This document shows positions 17,649 through 25,951 of a stretch of 64,000 nt of DNA, piece after piece (positions within the stretch are counted from its first letter, which is position 1; the number at the start of each line of letters is the position of its first letter). Under the pieces are notes generated by a model. It did no database searches. It had not been told where the DNA came from and worked only from the letters and a program-made list of their open reading frames with translations. Source of the stretch: a virus. The position numbers and the translations under genes were made by a program. Where the stretch lies: IMG/VR virus record IMGVR_UViG_3300043399_000524, positions 64,001 to 128,000 of that record; one strand, given 5' to 3'.

Positions 17649-19022
17649 TTAAATCACAATAGAATAATCTCCTTGGTCATACCAACCTTCGTATGATTTC
17701 ATCCAAACACCATCGGGTGTATAGCGATATTGAATACCTGTGGTTAGATTAGTTACGTATTCCACTGTGTCACAGGCTTGACTGTCAAAAGAAACGAACC
17801 ACTGGCCTGAGGTGGCATCATATTCAACAATGTCGTTAGCGTTAGCTATTAAATCACCCCACGCTACTGTAGAATCTCCCTCACTACCAATTGACTCTAC
17901 CAACAAGTATCGAACGCCATTGACAGGTCCTGGCAATCCTGCATTCGGCCCCGAGATTAGAGGGTTAATTACACTGTTTACTGGTCCAAGTGTATTTTGG
18001 GGAAGGGTATCTGGGTCAATATTATAGATTAGTAATCTATCATCAGTTGGATCTTGTACAATAGTACCAACAATATCTGTATCCATATATGGATTTTGCA
18101 GCCATATTTGACTAATACCCGGTCTGATGGTTCCGTATACATTCAATAATGATGACCAATATAAACTGGTATTAGGTGGGTTAGGATAATTTAAATCAAT
18201 GTTACTCACGAAGGGAGCATTATCCGCAGGTAATAATTGAAGTCTATTGCCCATCAATAATACTTTATAACCATAAGGCGTAATTTTTTGTCGAGTTCCT
18301 AACAACAAGTCATCATTTTGAATATCTTGTAATGCTGTTCCTTTGTAGATACTGGCGATAATTTTCTCAATGACACCCATCTTCTTGAGTTTAGCAGCAG
18401 TACTAATCCATATAGGCATGTAAAATTTCCAACTCATTACATCGATGGGGTTCGCAGTACCTTGTGGTATTGTTCTACTACTGAATGTTAATCCATCTTG
18501 ATATACAACTGACAACGAAGTCCAATCAATAAAGTTATCAGTAGATTGAATCTCCATACTAGGATTAAATAATGTTCCTAACTGTTCGATTAATTCTAGT
18601 TTTTGATTATAGTTTGTAGTCCAAAAATCAACTGTTACTCTTAATGTATATGGTACAGGCATCAGTCTTTCGACTGTAAATGCTTGACCTTGAACACTTT
18701 CATATTGCCCTGTATCTTCGTTGTATTTTCTTTGTCTAACGTTGATTCTATCAATATAAGTAGGATCTTGAGTTCTGCGCTGGTCATACTCTAGACCACT
18801 TATATAGTATGTAATCAAGGGTGCGCTAGGTAAATTACTTGCAGAGTTATTTGCTATTACTGTAGAGGCTTGACGACTTTGGTCACCGTACATTATAGGC
18901 ACTCGCACTAATATGTCGTTCCCATTAGGATCTTTGCCTTTAGTGACATACCAATTGCTAAAAATTTTTGCAAATTGAATTAAAAATCTGCGTATCTGAT
19001 TATCGTAAAAAAACTGTGCCAT
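17649..19022 (-). CDS. Tail terminator/sheath stabiliser, T4 gp15-like, with C-terminal extension
   Basis: MAQFFYDNQIRRFLIQF...VPIMYG...PVPY...EQ...FNP; adjacent to the gp14-like gene. Confidence 0.75.
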   Translation of the reverse strand: MAQFFYDNQIRRFLIQFAKIFSNWYVTKGKDPNGNDILVRVPIMYGDQSRQASTVIANNSASNLPSAPLITYYISGLEYDQRRTQDPTYIDRINVRQRKYNEDTGQYESVQGQAFTVERLMPVPYTLRVTVDFWTTNYNQKLELIEQLGTLFNPSMEIQSTDNFIDWTSLSVVYQDGLTFSSRTIPQGTANPIDVMSWKFYMPIWISTAAKLKKMGVIEKIIASIYKGTALQDIQNDDLLLGTRQKITPYGYKVLLMGNRLQLLPADNAPFVSNIDLNYPNPPNTSLYWSSLLNVYGTIRPGISQIWLQNPYMDTDIVGTIVQDPTDDRLLIYNIDPDTLPQNTLGPVNSVINPLISGPNAGLPGPVNGVRYLLVESIGSEGDSTVAWGDLIANANDIVEYDATSGQWFVSFDSQACDTVEYVTNLTTGIQYRYTPDGVWMKSYEGWYDQGDYSIVI

Positions 19023-19023
19023 A

Positions 19024-20739
19024 TTATAAAATCGGTGGTAGTGGATCTGGAGCAATAGTCAATATTGATGACAATGGCTGAGATTGTGTTGTCGTTGTTC
19101 CATCAGTTAGAACGGTTACATTACTGTTATTTATGAAGCTAGATAGTTGTGATTGATCTCCATCCATCAATCCAGTATCTGTTCTTACATTTTCACTAAT
19201 TCTAACCCATATGACTCCGTCCCAACGATATAATATTTGCGGCAAATAGTCTATTCTTAGGAAATAATCTCCAACTTGTGGATTTTGTGGGAAGCTGATG
19301 CCTGCTCCGGTCGGGTAACCATTTGGAGCCTCTGATGTACCAGTCAAATAACCTGCACTATAACCGAAACTTCTTGGACTTGAACGTGCAATATATTGGA
19401 ATCTAGGATCACAATCCGCACGATAGTCCATTTCTTGAGTTATGTTACCAGTAAATCCCGGTGCTTCTGGGTTTTGATCTGCAAATGCGTATGTATTATC
19501 GGCAGTACCATATGGACCAGTTATGGTCATCATACTATCGACAGTCAATATAATATCATTTTCAACTGCGCCTGAACCCCCGTCTGTCATCATTGGGGCT
19601 ATTTCTTGGACTAAAAGCGAAGTTGTGATGTTTGTTTGACTGGAAGGTATTCCTGGAAATGCAGTGTCTAATATTTGATTCCATATTTTAGCTACTGTAG
19701 CAGCCGGTATTCTTAGATAAGGACTATCATTAACATATTTGGCATTGCTATAAATTTCAACTACCGGCGAAGGTGCACCGTCCTGTGCTGCACTCGTTAC
19801 AACGTTAACTGGTGGTGCAGGTTGATTTAATTTATCTGATAATAGATTATCCTCTTCATAGGGGCCGTATGTAGGAACAATATATAGGTTGCTCGTGTCA
19901 TAACCTGATTTAGGTAATAACCGTTTAGCCTCGTCGAGGTTAGCATTATTGATTTCAAGATTTTTATTATATGTAGACAATATATCTTTGAGATTTTGTT
20001 CTTCCGTTAATTTCCAATATGTTTCATTGGGTGGATTAATTCCTGCAGGCACTTCAATAATCGATTCGTAATTTTTATCACCGTAACTAATAATATAACC
20101 CGGTGGATATGTTTTATCTTTATCCCATAATCCTAAATAATTATCTTGATTAATGGGCTCTTGTAATATTTGACTGAATTCTTGACTATCAACCAATGGC
20201 TCACATTTAATGCGCCATAAATGAGGGAACCAAGTTTGACTAAAACCCTCGCTGGCAAAATTAGCATCAGTAATCTGGTAAAATCTTTTTAATGCTACTG
20301 GAATAGTTTCTCTTAATGGATTATAATCTAATAAATGGGGTAATTCTAATACATCACCGACCATTAACTTTCTACCAACAATATCAATCATATCATTATA
20401 ATGTACATTAATGAATATAATATCGTTGTTTAAAAATAATCCAAATTGACTTAAATCGAAATCTAAATTCTGCACATTATAATGTCCACGTAATCTATAT
20501 ACATTTGGATCATATGTCCTATCTCTATTTTCTAAAAATAGTAAATCCTGTATATTAGTAGGACTTAATGTAGCATATTCAGGTTGAGTATAATCTATGC
20601 TCTGACCTTGATTTGTTGGTCCTAAATACTTGTGAATATATAAATCCGTGCCGCCCACACGCAATTCTTCGGATATTGTTCTATCAAAGAAACGGTAATC
20701 GTTTTGTTTATTTGGGCGGTATAGTGACAATTTTGGCAT
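19024..20739 (-). CDS. Neck/head-closure protein, T4 gp14-like, extended
   Basis: GGTDLYIHKYLG...DLLFLENRDR...LSQFGL...GDVLELP...FYQI...LWRIKC. Confidence 0.7.
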   Translation of the reverse strand: MPKLSLYRPNKQNDYRFFDRTISEELRVGGTDLYIHKYLGPTNQGQSIDYTQPEYATLSPTNIQDLLFLENRDRTYDPNVYRLRGHYNVQNLDFDLSQFGLFLNNDIIFINVHYNDMIDIVGRKLMVGDVLELPHLLDYNPLRETIPVALKRFYQITDANFASEGFSQTWFPHLWRIKCEPLVDSQEFSQILQEPINQDNYLGLWDKDKTYPPGYIISYGDKNYESIIEVPAGINPPNETYWKLTEEQNLKDILSTYNKNLEINNANLDEAKRLLPKSGYDTSNLYIVPTYGPYEEDNLLSDKLNQPAPPVNVVTSAAQDGAPSPVVEIYSNAKYVNDSPYLRIPAATVAKIWNQILDTAFPGIPSSQTNITTSLLVQEIAPMMTDGGSGAVENDIILTVDSMMTITGPYGTADNTYAFADQNPEAPGFTGNITQEMDYRADCDPRFQYIARSSPRSFGYSAGYLTGTSEAPNGYPTGAGISFPQNPQVGDYFLRIDYLPQILYRWDGVIWVRISENVRTDTGLMDGDQSQLSSFINNSNVTVLTDGTTTTQSQPLSSILTIAPDPLPPIL

Positions 20740-20760
20740 ACATGTATTTATCGGAATAGG

Positions 20761-20789
20761 TTGACAATAAATATGGTCTATGTTATACT
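20761..20789 (+). promoter_or_regulatory. sigma70 promoter
   Basis: TTGACA-17-TATACT, SD AGGAG 20809, ATG 20819; back-to-back with minus-strand TAAATA at 20745-20750. Confidence 0.88.
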
Positions 20790-20818
20790 AGCATTTAGTT
20801 GTAAATTTAGGAGAAACA

Positions 20819-22000
20819 ATGGCAACTCGTAAGCGTAATTCTGAGGATCACAGTCAAGTCAAAGCACTGAATCCCAAAAACCCTGATACAAAGTACATGG
20901 GTGATGAGCCACTATTTGTCATTCAACCTGATAGCGACCGTAGAACTTCTGCACTAAGTAATGCATTCTCTTGGTATAATTGGTTCTATACTAAAAAAGA
21001 CGCTAAAGAACTACTTTGTCAATACCTAGATTTCAGCAACCGCCAATCCGAGGCTAAAATTGTACGCCGTGTTGCTGATAGCGAAATCATTAACACATAT
21101 TGCTGGCTAGCTAGGATGAAGCTACGTGGTTTGGAACTTAATGAACACGAACTTAGTACCCTCGAAAACGAAATTTCACGACTTATTAAAGCTGTACACA
21201 AGCCTGAAGTCAAAGAAAGTATTACCTCTGTCACTAAGGAAGTAACAGAAGCACCTGCTCGTCCTAATATTCAGGACATTTTGCGTGAAAAAGCAAAAGA
21301 TGCGGCAGGTGAACTTGAAGGCGTTTTTGATGACTTTATTCTAACTGGCAAAGCAAGTTCAAAAACAATGGACGTTGTTGCACGATTTAATGTTATGCCA
21401 CAGCACATCGGTTTGATTACTGAAATTTGGAAGAAAAAACAAAACGAATTTACAGAACTTCAAGGTGGCCTTGATAAACAACTAAATGAAGGTTATAATT
21501 ATCTGACAAAAATTCAGGTTCGCAACATCTTAAAATTTATCGATCAGGTACTTTCTGACCTCAATGCATATATCTCTGTCAAGAAAGCAAGCAAGGCCCC
21601 GCGCAAACGTAAAGAGGTTCCTGTTGAAAAGATTGTCAGCAAACTCAAATACCTCAAGGCATTTAAAGATGCCGCAAGCAAACTTGACTTGGTTAGTATC
21701 AGCCCTGTAAAACTACACGGTGCAAGCGAATGCTATCTGTACGACACTACGAAACGCAAGTTGGTTTATTTGTGTGCTGATGAATATAGCAAAACTTTTA
21801 CAGTAAAGGGTACTAGTATTCTTGGTATTGACACAAGTAAAAGTCAGATCAAAACTTTACGGAAACCCGGAGATCAATTGGGTGCATTTTTGAAACTAGG
21901 TAAACCGGCCGGAAGAAAGTTTTTTGACGAAATTAAAGCAGCAGGTACTACACCTAATGGCAGAACGAATGAAAATATGATTATTCTTAAGGCTTGGTAA
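20819..22000 (+). CDS. Early protein of unknown function
   Basis: 393 aa, own sigma70 promoter, highly expressed codon usage, C-terminal KTLRKP...NGRTNENMIILK. Confidence 0.75.
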   Translation: MATRKRNSEDHSQVKALNPKNPDTKYMGDEPLFVIQPDSDRRTSALSNAFSWYNWFYTKKDAKELLCQYLDFSNRQSEAKIVRRVADSEIINTYCWLARMKLRGLELNEHELSTLENEISRLIKAVHKPEVKESITSVTKEVTEAPARPNIQDILREKAKDAAGELEGVFDDFILTGKASSKTMDVVARFNVMPQHIGLITEIWKKKQNEFTELQGGLDKQLNEGYNYLTKIQVRNILKFIDQVLSDLNAYISVKKASKAPRKRKEVPVEKIVSKLKYLKAFKDAASKLDLVSISPVKLHGASECYLYDTTKRKLVYLCADEYSKTFTVKGTSILGIDTSKSQIKTLRKPGDQLGAFLKLGKPAGRKFFDEIKAAGTTPNGRTNENMIILKAW

Positions 22001-22021
22001 CATACTTGATATCTTCAAATT

Positions 22022-22053
22022 CTCTCCTTATTTGATAAATAAAGTAAGGAGAG
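22022..22053 (+). promoter_or_regulatory. RBS-occluding hairpin with late promoter in the loop
   Basis: CTCTCCTTA/TAAGGAGAG 9-bp perfect stem; TAAATA at 22036-22041 in the loop; SD AAGGAG in the 3' arm. Confidence 0.85.
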
Positions 22054-22059
22054 TTTTTT

Positions 22060-23157
22060 ATGGATGAAATTATTAATATTCTGAATAAGTGTTCTTTTAA
22101 AGGAAAATATGTTACTGTAATTAAACAGGCTAATTTATGGCATTTGATAGAAAATAGCGTTGGTACTGTAGAAGTGTCCGATCCAGAAAAAGTTTATTTG
22201 TATCTTAACCCTCTTGCGGAAATAACCTGTTCATCCGGTAATAAAAGGAAGTTCAAAGGTGTCCGAATCGGGTACAACTTATATTGTGAAAATAAAAAAT
22301 GCGATATTTGTAATACAAAGAAAAAGCAGGCAGTTAAACAAGGTGTATTTGAAAAATATGGAGTAGACAATGTAGGAAAACTACAATCAGCGATTATTAG
22401 TAGAGATAAATTTTGGAATGACAAATCTGCCATCGAAGATGCTAATAGTAAAAGAAAACAAACTAATTTGACAAAATATGGATGCGAGAATGTTTTTCAG
22501 AATGAAAAAATTAAAGAAAATATTAAAAACCTATTCATAGAACGATACGGAGTAGAAAATCCGTCACAATCAGAAATTATTAAGGAAAAAAAGAAAAATA
22601 CTTTGACCGAGAATTACGGAGTTCCTTTTGGGCTACAATCACCTATAATCAAAGAAAAAATAAAGACTACGAATACTCGTAAATATGGCGTTCCGCATAT
22701 TATGCAGGTTAACGAAATAAAAAATAAAATGATTGCAACCAAAATAGCAAAGGGCTCTTTTGGAAAAAGTAATTCTTCAATAGAGGCTACTACCTACTTC
22801 AAAAACTATATAAAGACAAAGGGATACAATCTATCACAGGTAGCGTTTAATGATCCTAAAAATGGATTGTATGAATGGGGATTCAGGTTCGATAGATGGT
22901 ACTTGTTTGATTTTGTTGCTTTTGAATTAGGTCATAGAGGAGACTATAAAAAAATTATAGAAATAATAGAATATCACGGACCATTCCACTATACAGAATC
23001 CGATGTGATGATTAGGGGATCTGAAAAAGCCTATCCATGGAAATCTAATAATACTACAATTTTAGAATCTTACCAAAGAGATATACAAAAACAGGAATAT
23101 GCTGTAAAATATCTTACTACAAACTACAATGTTATATGGAGCGAAAATGACAAGTAA
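22060..23157 (+). mobile_element. Free-standing homing-endonuclease-like gene (YG-repeat array + C-terminal Vsr/PD-(D/E)XK-like nuclease)
   Basis: Five (K/R/N)YG(V/C) repeats, the last four spaced about 24 aa; C-terminal YLFDF...IIEYHGPFH; very AT/Lys-rich. Confidence 0.7.
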
Positions 23158-23566
23158 TGAAAATCAAGTAAACATGAAAAAGTATCTTAATTTTGTTGAT
23201 ACTTTGACCTCTAATCCAAGTAAAGAACACGAATTATATTTGAAAAGGTTGAATGAGCTAAAAATACAAGGATGTGATATCACTCGGTTAGATACCGCTA
23301 TTTCCGGGCTAATAGCTGAGTCAGGTGAGGCGATGGAAATCTTGAAAAAGATGAAATTTCAAGGGAAAGAGTGGTCAGAAGATATTAGGTACCATTTGAA
23401 AAGAGAAGCAGGCGATGTAATTTTTTATTGGATTAACCTTTGTATTGCACTTGGTTATGACCCCAACGATGTTATTGCTGAGAATGTAGGCAAACTTGAA
23501 GCACGATATCCGGGCGGACACTTTGACGCATTCTATAGCGAGAACCGAAAAGAAGGCGACCTGTAA
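23147..23566 (+). CDS. mazG: MazG-like nucleotide pyrophosphohydrolase
   Basis: GLIAESGEAMEILKK...EAGDVIFYW...NVGKLEARY; SD GGAG 23138. Confidence 0.88.
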   Translation: MTSNENQVNMKKYLNFVDTLTSNPSKEHELYLKRLNELKIQGCDITRLDTAISGLIAESGEAMEILKKMKFQGKEWSEDIRYHLKREAGDVIFYWINLCIALGYDPNDVIAENVGKLEARYPGGHFDAFYSENRKEGDL

Positions 23567-23567
23567 A

Positions 23568-23786
23568 ATGGCTCCTTGGGATGAAGAACTGTACTTGTTC
23601 ACTCCTGAGGAGTACGAACAGTTACCTGACGGTATTGAACTAACATCAATTAGTGGTGATTCCAAAATCAAGGGCAAAGATTACATTGACATGGATACAC
23701 GATTCGGGCACATCGCCTATGGCGTGAAAGATCCATGGAATCATGAACTCAAAGACTTGTTCTTGATTTTCAAAATCAAACAATGA
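23568..23786 (+). CDS. Hypothetical protein
   Basis: ATG 23568 immediately after the mazG stop. Confidence 0.65.
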   Translation: MAPWDEELYLFTPEEYEQLPDGIELTSISGDSKIKGKDYIDMDTRFGHIAYGVKDPWNHELKDLFLIFKIKQ

Positions 23787-23977
23787 GATATGGATATACT
23801 CCCAGAAAGACAGTAGTACATCCCTGGGAGCGTTGGTTTGCGTGGTATCCTGTCAAAGTGCATGGAAAACGTACATGGTTAAAGATAGTATACCGTCGTT
23901 GTATTAATACCTATGTTGATATGGAGGACTGGGAACGATACGAATATGGAAATGTATTTGATTTGCTAAAGGACTGA
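23783..23977 (+). CDS. Small Trp-rich hypothetical protein
   Basis: WERWFAWYPV...WLKIVYRR; ATGA overlap. Confidence 0.65.
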   Translation: MRYGYTPRKTVVHPWERWFAWYPVKVHGKRTWLKIVYRRCINTYVDMEDWERYEYGNVFDLLKD

Positions 23978-24006
23978 TTACCTGATAAATACATTATCAG
24001 GTAATC
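23976..24006 (+). promoter_or_regulatory. RBS-occluding hairpin overlapping a late promoter
   Basis: GATTACCTGATAA-ataca-TTATCAGGTAATC 13-bp perfect inverted repeat; TAAATA 23986-23991; SD AGGT in the 3' arm. Confidence 0.88.
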
Positions 24007-24010
24007 CATT

Positions 24011-24811
24011 ATGTCTATACCATCAATAACACCAAACATTCTTTCTACTCCCAATGGCATGACATTGGAAGAGCTAAAACAAGGATTATTTCAAAATCTA
24101 CGTTATCGTTTAGGTGACGGAATCATCGACTTAGAATTAGATCCGCAACATTTTGAAGCGGCGTTTAACTATGCTATAAAAGTATATCGTCAAAGAGCGC
24201 AAAACTCTACCGCAGAATCATATACCTTGATGACAACAATCAAGGATATTGACACATATACATTGCCACAAGAATTTATTAACGTCAGAGCAATTTTCAG
24301 ACGTACAGTTGGTCTTGAGACAGGCCCTAGTTCTACTAGCTTTGACCCATTCTCAAGTGCTATTCTAAACACATACTTACTCAATTACAACTGGGCTGGC
24401 GGTATGGCAACATACGATTTTTACGCCGGCTATGTTGAATTAGCTGCACGTATGTTCGGTGGATATGTCATCTACACTTTTGATCCTGTAACAAAAGTAT
24501 TGCGTATTGTTCGTGACCCGAAAGGAACAGGAGAACGTGTTCTAATATGGGCGGACGTTCAAAGACCTGAAATTGTACTATTACAAGATCCAGGAGCAGG
24601 TGTTTGGATTGGTGACTTTACATTAGCAACACTAAAGATAATCATCGGTGAAGCCCGTGAGAAGTTCGGAACAATCGCTGGTCCAGGCGGCGGCACAACA
24701 CTAAACGGTACAGCCATGAAGTCAGAAGGAACCGCCCTACAAGCACAATTAATTGACGAACTCAAGCGTTACGTTGATTACAGTCAGCCGTTAACTTGGG
24801 TCCAAGGTTAA
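24011..24811 (+). CDS. Neck protein, T4 gp13-like
   Basis: LRYRLGDGIIDLEL...AIKVYRQ...GEAREKF...GGGTTLNG. Confidence 0.85.
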   Translation: MSIPSITPNILSTPNGMTLEELKQGLFQNLRYRLGDGIIDLELDPQHFEAAFNYAIKVYRQRAQNSTAESYTLMTTIKDIDTYTLPQEFINVRAIFRRTVGLETGPSSTSFDPFSSAILNTYLLNYNWAGGMATYDFYAGYVELAARMFGGYVIYTFDPVTKVLRIVRDPKGTGERVLIWADVQRPEIVLLQDPGAGVWIGDFTLATLKIIIGEAREKFGTIAGPGGGTTLNGTAMKSEGTALQAQLIDELKRYVDYSQPLTWVQG

Positions 24812-24834
24812 CCTAAACACTTTTCTTTGTCACG

Positions 24835-24867
24835 CTCCTGTCATAGAATAAGTATCTCTGACAGGAG
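24835..24867 (+). promoter_or_regulatory. RBS-occluding hairpin with sigma70-like -10 in the loop
   Basis: CTCCTGTCA/TGACAGGAG 9-bp perfect stem; TAGAAT 24844-24849 in the loop; SD AGGAG in the 3' arm; -35 is poor. Confidence 0.75.
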
Positions 24868-24874
24868 TTTCCAT

Positions 24875-25504
24875 ATGATTTTAGGTGTAACTGGACGTAT
24901 AGGTTCTGGCAAGGATACAATTGCAGATTATCTATGTACATTTCACGGATTTAAAAGAGTTAGTTTTGCAGCGTCATTGAAAGATGCTGTAGCAGCAGTG
25001 TTTAATTGGGACAGAGAATTGCTTGAAGGGTCTACTAAATCAAGCAGAGAATGGCGAGAACAAATAGACGAGTGGTGGTCTGACAGACTAGGAATGAATA
25101 TTACTCCTAGATGGGTTCTTCAATATTGGGGTACAGACGTTCTTAGAAACAATTTTCACAGTGATATATGGGTTGCTAGCGTAGAAAACAAACTACGAAC
25201 TACTAAAGACAATATAGTGATAACCGACTGCCGTTTTGCTAATGAAGTCGAAGCGATCAAAAGAGCAGGCGGAATTACTTGCAGAGTTGAGCGCGGTGAA
25301 CTACCCGAGTGGTACCAATATGCCATAGATCATAATAAAGGCCCCTCACATGTGGGCTGGTCATTAGGAAAATCTCGCCTTGACAAACTAAAAATACATG
25401 CTAGTGAATATTCTAGTGTTGGTCTAGAATATGATTATTATATTGATAACAATAATACTATTGACGATTTACACAAACAAATCAACTCAATAATCAACTT
25501 CTAA
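24875..25504 (+). CDS. Deoxynucleoside monophosphate kinase, T4 gp1-like
   Basis: GRIGSGKDT, SFAASLKD, PRWVLQYWGTD, ITDCRFANE. Confidence 0.92.
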   Translation: MILGVTGRIGSGKDTIADYLCTFHGFKRVSFAASLKDAVAAVFNWDRELLEGSTKSSREWREQIDEWWSDRLGMNITPRWVLQYWGTDVLRNNFHSDIWVASVENKLRTTKDNIVITDCRFANEVEAIKRAGGITCRVERGELPEWYQYAIDHNKGPSHVGWSLGKSRLDKLKIHASEYSSVGLEYDYYIDNNNTIDDLHKQINSIINF

Positions 25505-25831
25505 GTCACCTCTGCGCCAGGTAACTTCTTTTTTCTTTACAACCTCAACGCAGTTTAGACAGATACTACGTAGATTGGTAAACTTACAGTTATCTAAGTT
25601 TCCGTCAATGTGAAACACTGTAATTTGAGTAGGTAGTACACTTTTAAAGCCACATAAATCACATGTGGCTTTTTTCTTATATCCTGCAGCCTGCCACCTA
25701 GAAGTTCTAGGTTTTTGTTTATTCTTTTTGCGACCACATTCATCACATATACTTCTATAGTGGGTAGTCCCGTTACGCACATAATTTATAGCACAAAGAT
25801 TTTTGTTACAGTGCTTACATATTGGTCTCAT
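25487..25831 (-). CDS. HNH endonuclease with Zn-finger motifs
   Basis: CKHC...CDEC, CDLC...HIDGNLDNCKFTNLRSICLNC; TAAATA at 25836-25841 (minus). Confidence 0.85.
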   Translation of the reverse strand: MRPICKHCNKNLCAINYVRNGTTHYRSICDECGRKKNKQKPRTSRWQAAGYKKKATCDLCGFKSVLPTQITVFHIDGNLDNCKFTNLRSICLNCVEVVKKKEVTWRRGDLEVDY

Positions 25832-25951
25832 GTTATATTTAGCAACTAACCTTCGAAGGTACGGTAAACCCATTATTTTTTCATTTTTAACTAAATAATA
25901 GTATGCATTTTAGGTGGTAAACCTCATAATTTTACATAAAGGAAAAACAAA

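Noticed and set aside
25849-25870. ACCTTCGAAGGT palindrome and repeated GGTAAACC
   Set aside because: A single 12-bp palindrome upstream of both divergent promoters, with no support for function
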